Source: an uncultured Acidobacteriota bacterium (lineage in GTDB: Bacteria; Acidobacteriota; Terriglobia; Acidiferrales; UBA7541). Taken from it: DNA of 64,000 nucleotides. Positions 33,670 through 42,439 of this stretch are shown here, one piece after another; within the stretch, counting starts at the first letter, position 1, and the number at the start of each line of letters is the position of its first letter. The notes under the pieces were generated by a model that ran no database searches, was not told where the DNA came from, and saw only the letters and a program-made list of their open reading frames with translations. Where the stretch lies: the NCBI GenBank assembly GCA_963804625.1, contig CAWDRJ010000013.1:10065-74064 (forward strand), written 5' to 3'. Both the position numbers and the translations under genes were made by a program.

Positions 33670-34770
33670 ATGAAGAAGCTTAGCACTGTGGCGATAGACA
33701 TCATCGAGATTTTCAAAGGGCACCAGCTAACCCTCGGATTGGATCTGGGAGACCGCACCAGTCATTACTGCATTTTGAATGAAGCGGGCGAAGTGATTCT
33801 GGAACAGAAACTACCGACGACACCGGAAGCGATGAAGCAGACCTTTGCGAAGATACCGCGAAGTCTCATCGCGCTGGAGACCGGAACACATGCGCCTTGG
33901 GTCAGCCGGCTGTTAACGGAGCTGGGACACCAGATGCTGGTGGCGCACGCCCAGAAGGTGCAATTGATTACCAAGAGCACTGGAAAAGATGATCGACACG
34001 ATGCGCGGACCCTGGCACGGCTGGCCAGAATCGATCCTGAGCTGTTGGGGCCGGTGCGGCATCGCAGCGCGAAAGCACAAATTCATCTGACGGTGATTCG
34101 GGCCCGGGCGGAATTGGTGAGTGCACGAACCGCCCTGGTGAACGCGGCGCGCGGGTTGGCGAAGTCTTATGGGGAACGGCTGCACAAATGTGGCACGCAG
34201 CAAGTGAGCCGGGAGCTGGCCGGTGAATGGAGCACAGAGTTACGGGATGTTCTGGAGCCGTGGCTCCAAGAAATCGAATCGTTGAACGAGCGCATCCAGG
34301 AATACGACGCACGGATGGAGAAAATCGCCAGGGAGAGCTACCCGCAAGTCGAGCTGCTCAAACCAGTGAAGGGTGTAGGAACACAGATCGCGCTGACGTA
34401 TGTGCTGACCCTCGAAGACCCGCAGCGCTTGCGGAAGAGTCGGGAGGTCGGCTGTTTTCTGGGGTTGCGACCTGGGCGTCGGAACTCTGGGCAGAGCGAA
34501 CCACACAGGCACATCAGTAAAGAAGGAGACCGGTATTTGAGGACCATGCTGGTGCAGGGGGCGCACTACATCCTGGGACCCTTTGGAGAAGACAGTGATC
34601 TACGGCGTTGGGGGCTAAAACTGGCGGAGCGCGGAGGAAAAAATGCCAAGAAGCGAGCCGTTGTGGCGGTCGCGAGAAAGCTCGCGGTACTGCTGCATCG
34701 GTTGTGGGTGAGTGGAGAGGTGTACGAACCCCTGCGCAATAGCCACCCAGCGATGCGTGCGGTGGCCTAG
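33670..34770 (+). CDS. IS110-family recombinase no.5
   Basis: AAGGAG precedes ATG 33670. The protein includes ..LTLGLDLGDRTSHYCIL.. and ..LLKPVKGVGTQIALTYVL... Confidence 0.9.
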   Translation: MKKLSTVAIDIIEIFKGHQLTLGLDLGDRTSHYCILNEAGEVILEQKLPTTPEAMKQTFAKIPRSLIALETGTHAPWVSRLLTELGHQMLVAHAQKVQLITKSTGKDDRHDARTLARLARIDPELLGPVRHRSAKAQIHLTVIRARAELVSARTALVNAARGLAKSYGERLHKCGTQQVSRELAGEWSTELRDVLEPWLQEIESLNERIQEYDARMEKIARESYPQVELLKPVKGVGTQIALTYVLTLEDPQRLRKSREVGCFLGLRPGRRNSGQSEPHRHISKEGDRYLRTMLVQGAHYILGPFGEDSDLRRWGLKLAERGGKNAKKRAVVAVARKLAVLLHRLWVSGEVYEPLRNSHPAMRAVA

Positions 34771-34859
34771 CGAGAAGAGCTTGCCACAAAACGGGGGATG
34801 CTAAAGGTCGCGGGAGTTGGCGATCGTCGTTGCTAGGCGATCCTGGCGCGAAATTTCTC

Positions 34860-34919
34860 GGGGAAAAACTGGGAAAGGCAGGAAGAAAGAGAAAAGGAGC
34901 AAAAAAGAGAGAAGGGAGA
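34860..34919 (+). repeat. Polypurine (A/G) tract 1, ~60 nt
   Basis: The sequence is ggggaaaaactgggaaaggcaggaagaaagagaaaaggagcaaaaaagagagaagggagat, with only a handful of pyrimidines. Confidence 0.8.
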
Positions 34920-35131
34920 TTCTATCCAAGAGCCGAGCTCGACCGCCGAGAGCAGGTGACTGCGACAGTGCCTGGACCAGTTCCCTTCGCAAGGGGGAAC
35001 AGAGGTCGATTACCAGGTAGCAGCACCTACTGAATCGAGTACACCCAACTTGCACCGAGCGACCATCGCTCAACAAAGAGTGCGGATGGAAGGGTGGCGA
35101 CAGAGGCGGCTTGGCTCCATGGGAACAATTT

Positions 35132-35187
35132 GGAAAAAGAAGAAATGAAGAAGAAAGAAGAAAAAGAGAGAAAAATGAAAGAAATGG
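35132..35187 (+). repeat. Polypurine (A/G) tract 2, ~56 nt
   Basis: The sequence is ggaaaaagaagaaatgaagaagaaagaagaaaaagagagaaaaatgaaagaaatgg. Its only pyrimidines are three T. Confidence 0.8.
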
Positions 35188-35312
35188 CTTGACACTCACC
35201 GGCCTTCTCATGGAAGGCACTGAGTGCATTAGCTGGTGATAGTCCCAGTTATCGAAAGCTATGCGGTTCCGTTGTTTCAGGAGTGCGACTTTAGGGATTG
35301 AATCAATGCCTT

Positions 35313-37736
35313 TCATTCGTACCGCAGCGCGATCATCGGATCAACGCTCATCGCGCGGCGCGCCGGAAAATAGCAGGCCAGCAGAGTGACGCCCGCCAAA
35401 AGCAGGGTGACGAGGACGAATGACGCCGGATCGGTCGCGCTCACGCCATAGAGCAAATGTTCGAGCGTGCGCGAAAGAGCGAACGCAGCGGCCAATCCGA
35501 TAACGGCGCCCAAAATAAAGAGCCGGACACCCTGTGAGAACACCATGTGGAGAACATCGCCGGGTTGCGCTCCCAGAGCCATGCGCACGCCGAATTCCTG
35601 AGTGCGTTGCGTGACGGTGAACGACAACACCGCATAGATTCCCAGCGCGGCAAGCAGTAGCGCGAGCATGGCGAAACCGGCCAGCAAACCCGCTTGTGTC
35701 TTGCGCGGAGCGAGCGTATCGTCCACCAAATCTTCCAGCGGCATCGCGTCGGCGACGGGCTGCTCTTTGTCAACGGCCCAGACCTGCTGACGGACTGCGT
35801 CTACCATGCGCATCGGATCTCCGATCGTGCGCACGACAAGATATTCCGGTTCAAATCCGAAGTCCTGCTGCAGGTAGGGCAGGTACACCTCGGGTCGGGC
35901 TGGAGAATCAAGCCCCGCTTGGTGCACGTCTCCGACAATCCCGACGATCGTGATCCACGGCGAATGCTCGACGTAGCTTCCCTGCTTGAAGCGCCTGCCG
36001 ATGGCGTTTTCTTCAGGCCACAAATTTCGCGCCATGGTCTGGTTGATCAGCGCTACTGGCGGCGCCGTGGTACCGTCGCGCTCGTCGAGAACGCGCCCAG
36101 CGATGAGCTTCATGCCCAGCGCGCGAATGTAGTCGTCGCTGATGATGCGGCAGTTCGGAATCGGAATTTGACCGGGCGCAGGTTGCGGCCGGCCTTCGAC
36201 GGTGATGCCCGTGGCGCCTCCGGCATTGGTGAGTGGAACCCAGGTGGTGTAACCAGCCGCAGTGACGCCGGGCAATCGTGCGACGCGCGCGAGGACGTCG
36301 CTATAGAAAGCGGCGCGCGGCGCAAACGCTTCGTATTTCTGGCGCGGCAACGGTGTGCGGACGACCAGAACATGATCCGCGCGGAAGCCTGGATCGAGAT
36401 GCAACAATTTCTCGAAACTGCGCATCATCAGCGCCGCTCCCGCGAGCAGAACGATCGCGAGCGCTACTTCGGAAACCACGAGCGCATCGCGCAAGCGGCG
36501 CCCCGACCCAACGCCGCTGCGCCCACCCTGATTCAGGGACGTGACGAGATCAAGCCGCGACACCCGGAGCGCGGGAAGAATTCCAAAAACGATTCCAGTG
36601 GCCACTGAAATTATCAGCGTGGCGACAAGAACATTGCTATCCGCGCCGGATCCGTTCAACGGCGGGATGCCCTCTGGAATCAAGCTCGCTAGGAACCGCG
36701 TTACGAATGTCGAGAGCAGCAAGCCCCCGGCGCCGGCAAGCGCGGCGAGCAACAGGCTTTCGGTCAAAAGTTGCCGCGCAATTCGCCCGCGGCTGGCGCC
36801 GAGCGTCAGGCGCATGGCAATTTCGTGCCGCCGACCGGAGGCGCGCGCAAGCAACAGGTTGGCAACATTGGCGCAGGCGATGAGCAGCACGAAGGAAACA
36901 GCTCCGATCAGGACGAGAAGCGCGGGACGCGTCTTCCCCGTAAGTTCTTCGCGCAGGGGGATCGCGTACGCGCCGACTTTGGCGTTCTCGGACGGATACT
37001 CTTGCTCCAGTTGCTTCGCGATGGCGGCCAGATTGGCATTCGCGACTTTCAGCGAAACGCCGGGCTTGAGTCGCGCAATGACCTGGAGATGATGGTTCCC
37101 ATGATTGGCCAGTTGCGCAGCCGTAAATTGCACGGGAGTCCAAAGCTGGGGATCGCGGTCGGGAAATTGGAAACCGCGCGGCATGACGCCAACCACATCG
37201 TACTTTTCGTAGTTGAGCCAGAGCTGCTTGCCGATGATTTGCGGATCGCCGCCAAACCTTCGCAAGAAAAGTCCCTGGCTTAAGATCACCACGCGCGGCG
37301 CTCCCGGCACATCGTCGGAGGCGCTGAAGTCGCGGCCGAGAGCAGGGCGAGCACCGAGCACCGAAAAAAGATTCGCGGTGACGAAATCTCCGGGAATCTC
37401 TTCGGGGGTTCCTTCACCGGTGAGGTTGAACGAACCACTGAATGACGACGCGGCCATATCCTCAAACACCTGGTTGCGCGCTTTCCAGTCAGCAAAATTT
37501 CCGGCCGCCGGTGTATCGCGCGGAAACCCGTATGACGAAGCGTCTTCCCAGACCATCACCAGGCGATCCGCCTGCCGATAAGGGAGTGAGCGCACGAGCA
37601 CCGCGTCCGCGATGCTGAAGATAGCCGTATTCGCGGCGATGCCCAGCGCCAATGCGGCCACCACGAAAAATGTGAAGGCGGGATTTTTCGCCATCATCCG
37701 AAGACCGTAGCGAATATCTTGAAATAAAGTTCGCAC
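35313..37736 (-). CDS. ADOP-type (MacB/FtsX-like duplicated) permease, GTG start
   Basis: From GTG 37736, preceded by GGAG, the protein reads VRTLFQDIRYGLRMMAKNPAFTFFVVAALALGIAANTAIF.. It has two FtsX-type TM bundles and a C-terminal ..MSVDPMIALRYE. Confidence 0.8.
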   Translation of the reverse strand: MRTLFQDIRYGLRMMAKNPAFTFFVVAALALGIAANTAIFSIADAVLVRSLPYRQADRLVMVWEDASSYGFPRDTPAAGNFADWKARNQVFEDMAASSFSGSFNLTGEGTPEEIPGDFVTANLFSVLGARPALGRDFSASDDVPGAPRVVILSQGLFLRRFGGDPQIIGKQLWLNYEKYDVVGVMPRGFQFPDRDPQLWTPVQFTAAQLANHGNHHLQVIARLKPGVSLKVANANLAAIAKQLEQEYPSENAKVGAYAIPLREELTGKTRPALLVLIGAVSFVLLIACANVANLLLARASGRRHEIAMRLTLGASRGRIARQLLTESLLLAALAGAGGLLLSTFVTRFLASLIPEGIPPLNGSGADSNVLVATLIISVATGIVFGILPALRVSRLDLVTSLNQGGRSGVGSGRRLRDALVVSEVALAIVLLAGAALMMRSFEKLLHLDPGFRADHVLVVRTPLPRQKYEAFAPRAAFYSDVLARVARLPGVTAAGYTTWVPLTNAGGATGITVEGRPQPAPGQIPIPNCRIISDDYIRALGMKLIAGRVLDERDGTTAPPVALINQTMARNLWPEENAIGRRFKQGSYVEHSPWITIVGIVGDVHQAGLDSPARPEVYLPYLQQDFGFEPEYLVVRTIGDPMRMVDAVRQQVWAVDKEQPVADAMPLEDLVDDTLAPRKTQAGLLAGFAMLALLLAALGIYAVLSFTVTQRTQEFGVRMALGAQPGDVLHMVFSQGVRLFILGAVIGLAAAFALSRTLEHLLYGVSATDPASFVLVTLLLAGVTLLACYFPARRAMSVDPMIALRYE

Positions 37737-37744
37737 GATTTCTC

Positions 37745-40192
37745 CTACTCGTAGCGCAGCGCCACCATCGGGTCCACGCGCATGGCGCGGCGCGCGGGCA
37801 AATAACACGCGAGAAGCGCGATTCCGACCAACGCCAACGAAACACCGGTGAGAACTGCCGGGTCGGTGGGCGCTACTTCGTAGAGCAAGCCCGTCAGTAC
37901 CCGCGTGAGCGCGAAAGTGCCGGCGAGTCCTGCGGCGACGCCTACTAGCGCGACCCACAATCCGTGGCCAATGACGAGTCGAAATACGTCCTTGCGTTGG
38001 GCGCCTAGCGCGAGGCGAATGCCGAGTTCATGCGTGCGCTGAGTGACAGCATATGCCATCACACCGTAGATGCCGATCGCTGCGAGGCTCAACGCTAGAG
38101 CGGCGAACAGAGCGAGAAGCAGAGTGTAGGAGCGCGTCTCGGCGGAATCTTCGTACATGCGTTGGTCGACGGTCGCGATGTTCGAGACAGGCACGTCGGG
38201 ACCGATTTTCTGAATGGCCGCACGCAGTGAATCGATCATCGTTTCCGGCGTAGGACGGGTCCGGACAATTACGCTCATGTCGATGATTACTTCGCTCTGG
38301 AGCAGCGGACCGTAAAAAACGGGTTGGGTTGCGGCATTCTGACGTAGCGATTTGAACTTTATATTTCCAACAATACCAACGATGTCCATCCACGGGTACT
38401 TCGAATCTGGCGCCCCGTACCTGATCCGTTTGCCGATTGGATTTTCACCGGGATAGAATTTACGTGCAAAGGCCTCGCTGACCATCACGACGTGCGGCTT
38501 ATCAAGAGTATCCGTCATCGTGAAATCACGTCCGGACAGAATGGGAATGCCCATTGTGTGAAAATAGTTCGAGCCGATCTCCTGGTAATACGTGGAGTCC
38601 TGATCGGCAGTTGAAGGTCGCGGATGATTCTCAGTGGTAAAGTCGCGCGAGAAACCGCCCCATACGAACGGGTCGATGAAAGTCACGGCAGCGGACTCGA
38701 CGCCGGGAACAGCGGCTATTTTCTGAGCGAGCTCCGGACCGAAGCGATTGCGCTGATCATCCTTGTAATCACGGGCGGGGACGTAAAATCTCATGGTAAT
38801 CAAATGATCGGGCCGGAAACCGGGATTCGCGCTAAGCAGCCGTTGAACACTTTTCAGAAGCAAGCCCACTCCGGCAAGCAACACGAGCGCTAGGGCGATT
38901 TCGGACACGACGAGCGCCGCGCCAATTCTTCGGCCGCGTAAGCCGGTAGTGCCCTTGGCGCCTTCCTTCAGCGGCTCGTTGAGCGAGTCGCGGCCGGCGG
39001 TGAGTGCGGGAATCAAGCCGATCAGAATCCCGGTCGCCATCATGAGGACGCAAGTGAAGACGAGCACGCCGAGGTCGAGACGCACGTGCGTAAAAGTTGG
39101 AAACGTGACAGGAAGCGCTGCAACGAGCAGACTCAGCCCCCATTCGGCGATTGCAAAACCGAGAAGCGCGCCCGCGGCAGATAGAAGTAGGCTTTCCGTG
39201 ATGAATTGGCGCATCAGGCGCGAGCGACCGGCACCGAGGGCGAGGCGAATTGCTATCTCGCGTTCGCGAGAAGCGGTGCGCGTGAGAACAAGGTTCGCAA
39301 CATTCGCGCACCCGATCAGCAAGACGAATCCGACCGCGGAGAGCAGAATGTAGAGCGGCGAACGGAAGCTGCCGATGTATTCCTCTTTCGCAGATTTTAC
39401 GGCAGCGCCGCGATCGCGATTTTCGTTAGGAAACGCGGCGGCGAGGTTCGAGGCAATCGTGCTCATCTCCGTTTGCGCCTGCGCGATTGAAACGCCGCGT
39501 TTGAGAACGGCGATGCCACGGAGCCAGTGAACGCCGCGGTTGTGTAGGAAATCGAACTTCGCAACTTCGGGCCACGCAGCGTCGCGCATCATCACCGGTA
39601 TCCAGGCTTCGGATTGATCGGAAATTCCAAGAAACCCTCTTGGCGCGACGCCTACAATCGTAAACTTCGCGTGATTGAGCGTAATCGATTTCCCGACGAT
39701 ATCCGGGTTAGAACCAAATCGGCGTTCCCAGAGCCCGTAGCCAATCATCGCAACCGCGTCTCTCAACGGCGTCCGGTTTTCTCCCGGCAGAAAGACGCGG
39801 CCCTTCGTGGCGGAAATCCCTAAAATATCGAAATAGTTCTGCGAGACCTCTTCGCCGTAGATGCACTCTGAGCTTGTCACGCCGCTAACAATGAATACGG
39901 CATCCGTATAGGCCGCCATCCGGCTGAAAACGTGATTTTGTTTTTCCCAATCCTGGAAGTTTGGGAAGGAGATGGATTCGGCGCCGCGATTTTTCACATC
40001 TTCGCGGAGAACCACGAGCTGGTCCGCGTTCTTGAAAGGAAGCGAGTGCAGGAGAACCGCTTTTACGACGCTAAAAATTGCGGTGTTCGCGCCGATACCG
40101 AGTGCGAGCGTCAGGATGGCAATCCCGGCAAACCCAGGTGCTTTCGCGATCATCCGCAGGCTGTACCGTATGTCTTGCCAGAACGAGGTCAT
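37745..40192 (-). CDS. ADOP-type (MacB/FtsX-like duplicated) permease
   Basis: The protein starts MTSFWQDIRYSLRMIAKAPGFAGIAILTLALGIGANTAIF.. and ends ..MRVDPMVALRYE. Confidence 0.85.
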   Translation of the reverse strand: MTSFWQDIRYSLRMIAKAPGFAGIAILTLALGIGANTAIFSVVKAVLLHSLPFKNADQLVVLREDVKNRGAESISFPNFQDWEKQNHVFSRMAAYTDAVFIVSGVTSSECIYGEEVSQNYFDILGISATKGRVFLPGENRTPLRDAVAMIGYGLWERRFGSNPDIVGKSITLNHAKFTIVGVAPRGFLGISDQSEAWIPVMMRDAAWPEVAKFDFLHNRGVHWLRGIAVLKRGVSIAQAQTEMSTIASNLAAAFPNENRDRGAAVKSAKEEYIGSFRSPLYILLSAVGFVLLIGCANVANLVLTRTASREREIAIRLALGAGRSRLMRQFITESLLLSAAGALLGFAIAEWGLSLLVAALPVTFPTFTHVRLDLGVLVFTCVLMMATGILIGLIPALTAGRDSLNEPLKEGAKGTTGLRGRRIGAALVVSEIALALVLLAGVGLLLKSVQRLLSANPGFRPDHLITMRFYVPARDYKDDQRNRFGPELAQKIAAVPGVESAAVTFIDPFVWGGFSRDFTTENHPRPSTADQDSTYYQEIGSNYFHTMGIPILSGRDFTMTDTLDKPHVVMVSEAFARKFYPGENPIGKRIRYGAPDSKYPWMDIVGIVGNIKFKSLRQNAATQPVFYGPLLQSEVIIDMSVIVRTRPTPETMIDSLRAAIQKIGPDVPVSNIATVDQRMYEDSAETRSYTLLLALFAALALSLAAIGIYGVMAYAVTQRTHELGIRLALGAQRKDVFRLVIGHGLWVALVGVAAGLAGTFALTRVLTGLLYEVAPTDPAVLTGVSLALVGIALLACYLPARRAMRVDPMVALRYE

Positions 40193-40476
40193 TTGCGCAC
40201 CTCCAACCGCATATTACAGCGATTCAAAGCATGTCCCTGCCCATCCAAGCTAACCCCAAGACGTTGGCTGGCAAGCCACTTAGGGTTCTTTCGATTGGCC
40301 AATTGCATGCAGCTGTCCGCTCGTGGGACTTGCCACTAGCGAGATCGAACATCTGATTGAATCTGGTTAATGCGACGTGTCGAGCGGCCACCAAGTAGAA
40401 CGATAGCCGGCGCAGTCGCTGGTACATGTTGATAAATCCTCTTCCCACCAGCAATCGGCTGCTGTAGGCCAGTGTT

Positions 40477-40707
40477 TCAATTCACGGGCACGTTTTTCGT
40501 TCTTTCGGTCTCAAGCATGTGGCGAAGTTTGCGAATCTCGCGTAGCAGGTCCACCACGACATTGCGGGTGTCGTCATCGTCCAAGATGTCGCGGTGGGCA
40601 AGGTCGTTGACGCCCGATGTCCACTTCTGTTCAAGGTCCATGATTTCTTTGTCGGTGAAGTATAATTCCTCTCCGACCAACTCAAATTCTCGGTTTGTTG
40701 TCGCCAT
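40477..40707 (-). CDS. Small hypothetical protein (76 aa)
   Basis: AAGGAG precedes ATG 40707. The protein starts MATTNREFELVGEELYFTDKEIMDLEQKW... The longer 161-aa reading in the ORF track is low-complexity. Confidence 0.5.
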   Translation of the reverse strand: MATTNREFELVGEELYFTDKEIMDLEQKWTSGVNDLAHRDILDDDDTRNVVVDLLREIRKLRHMLETERTKNVPVN

Positions 40708-40956
40708 TGCAGTTCTCCTTTGTCCGAGCCCGCGGGTCGTGCTTGCAGGTCGCGGTTTACTGCTTTGCTTGCATCCATCAAAACGCCTCGCCTTTGCACT
40801 AGCGTCGACGCGAATCGCCAGCAGACTAGACGACGTTTGCCAAGGAGACTCTTTCCAAGCATCTCGGTTGCTCCCAGGTTGCGGTTTCTGCCGGACTTTT
40901 CCTTGCTTTGCAGGGGTAACTGATTTATCTTCTTTCGCCTCAGACGGCACCGGAGA

Positions 40957-41002
40957 ACTCATAATCCGTTGGTCCTAGGTTCGAATCCTAGCGGGCCCAC
41001 CA
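40957..41002 (+). pseudogene. tRNA-Met(CAT) 3' fragment: anticodon loop to CCA end, no 5' half
   Basis: The fragment reads CTCATAA-TCCGT-TGGTC-CTAGG-TTCGAAT-CCTAG-CGGGCCC-A-CCA. It has a perfect T arm and the 3' acceptor strand, but no complementary GGGCCCG and no D arm lie upstream. Confidence 0.6.
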
Positions 41003-41073
41003 ACGCATCGCATTTGGAGACGATTTGCGATGAGCGGGCGCAAGCGATTCCACGTAACGCCGTCGAACGGGGC

Positions 41074-42375
41074 TTGAACCTGGCGCAGCCGCTCCCCAAT
41101 CCTTCTGGCCTTCCCCGCAGGCGCTGGAGAATCGCGTTCCTCCTTTCCTTTGGCGTCCTGGTGAATTTTTTCGATCGCGTGAATCTTTCGGTATCGCAGG
41201 ACGCGCTGCACGCTTCGTTTGGCTTGTCCATGATCGCCTTTGGCTTCCTTTCCAGCGCTTATAGCTGGACGTACGCGTTGATGCAGATACCCGCCGGAGT
41301 CTTGCTCGATCGCTGGGGTGTGCGCAAGGTAGGTTGCGTCAGCACGCTGCTTTGGAGCGCCGCTTCCTTCGGCGCGGCCGTTTCCAGCGGACTCGCGGGA
41401 TTTTTTGGTGCGCGTTTTCTTCTCGGTATCGGCGAATCTCCCACTTTTCCCGCCAATGCCAAGGCGATCGGCTACTGGTTTCCGGAAAGCGAACGCAGCT
41501 TGGCCACCGCCATCACCGACGCCGCCGCGAAATTCTCCACTGCAATCGGCGTGCCGTTTCTCGGCGTAGTGCTTTTGCGTTTTGGATGGCGCTGGAGTTT
41601 CGCGGCCACTGGTCTGATCAGTTTTTTCTACTTTGTCCTTTTCTTTTGGACCTACTACAACCCCAGCGCAGACAGATTGCTATCCACCGAAGAACTTCAA
41701 TTCATGCAACAAGGCCGCGTGCAACCGGAAGGGACCTCGACTGCCGCGCGCGGCGCTTCGCTTGGCTATCTGCTGCGCCAGCCGAAAGTCTGGGGCCTCG
41801 GCCTCGGCTGGGGCGCGTACAATTACTGTTTCTATCTCCTGCTGACCTGGCTGCCCAGCTACCTCTCGATTTCGCTGCATGTTGATCTGCTGCATTCGGT
41901 GCTCTACACCAGCGTGCCGTGGCTTTTCGCGACCCTGACGGATCTCGTGGTGGGCGGGTGGCTGGTGGACGCCCTGATTCGCGGCGGAGCGGATCCGAGC
42001 CGCGTTCGCCAGACGGTGCTGGTCGTCGGCACGGGCCTAGGGCTTGGAATTTTGGGCGCGGCGCACGCGCACTCTCCGCTGACGGCCCTGATCTGGATCA
42101 GCATTTCGCTCGGTGGGTTGGCCGCCGCTGCCCCAGTCGCTTGGACTGTTCCATCGCTGATCGCGCCGCGGGAAAGCGTCGGTCGTCTCGGCGGAATCGT
42201 CAATCTCTGCGGACAACTGGGTGCAATTTCAGCGCCCATTATGACGGGATACGTCGCGGCGATCACACACGCGTTTGCGTCGGCGTTCGTCGCCGCCACT
42301 GTGATTTTGTTGCTCGGCATCGCCGGATATATTTTCTTACTGAGCCGCATCGAACCAATCCCCGAGCCGCAATAA
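41074..42375 (+). CDS. MFS transporter (ACS/anion:cation symporter-like); start uncertain (TTG 41074 proposed)
   Basis: It has 12-TM-type sequence, ..FFDRVNLSV.. and ..GARFLLGIGESPTFPA... The only in-frame ATG (40969) lies inside the tRNA fragment. Confidence 0.75.
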   Translation: MNLAQPLPNPSGLPRRRWRIAFLLSFGVLVNFFDRVNLSVSQDALHASFGLSMIAFGFLSSAYSWTYALMQIPAGVLLDRWGVRKVGCVSTLLWSAASFGAAVSSGLAGFFGARFLLGIGESPTFPANAKAIGYWFPESERSLATAITDAAAKFSTAIGVPFLGVVLLRFGWRWSFAATGLISFFYFVLFFWTYYNPSADRLLSTEELQFMQQGRVQPEGTSTAARGASLGYLLRQPKVWGLGLGWGAYNYCFYLLLTWLPSYLSISLHVDLLHSVLYTSVPWLFATLTDLVVGGWLVDALIRGGADPSRVRQTVLVVGTGLGLGILGAAHAHSPLTALIWISISLGGLAAAAPVAWTVPSLIAPRESVGRLGGIVNLCGQLGAISAPIMTGYVAAITHAFASAFVAATVILLLGIAGYIFLLSRIEPIPEPQ

Positions 42376-42439
42376 AATGAATGTCGCAGGCAATCGAGGA
42401 CTTTGCGAGAATCAGCACCCAGTTCGGAGGACTTCCCTT

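Noticed and set aside
34801-35316. Minus-strand 171-aa ORF over the polypurine region.
   Set aside because: It is a translation of polypyrimidine tracts (runs of F, L, S and P), which is not credible coding sequence.
37737-37958. An N-terminal extension (MGRASRRRRRTRRHF...) of the first ADOP permease ORF.
   Set aside because: It overlaps the C-terminus of the upstream permease gene. The conserved ADOP N-terminus (..LFQDIRYGLRMM..) begins at GTG 37736, which has a GGAG site.
40927-41002. A complete tRNA gene.
   Set aside because: There is no 5' acceptor strand (GGGCCCG), no D arm and a non-pairing anticodon stem. Only the 3' 46 nt are tRNA-like.
40969-41073. ATG 40969 as the start of the MFS transporter ORF.
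   Set aside because: It lies inside the tRNA fragment. The first ~35 codons are non-hydrophobic read-through of non-coding sequence, so an internal TTG or CTG start is more plausible.
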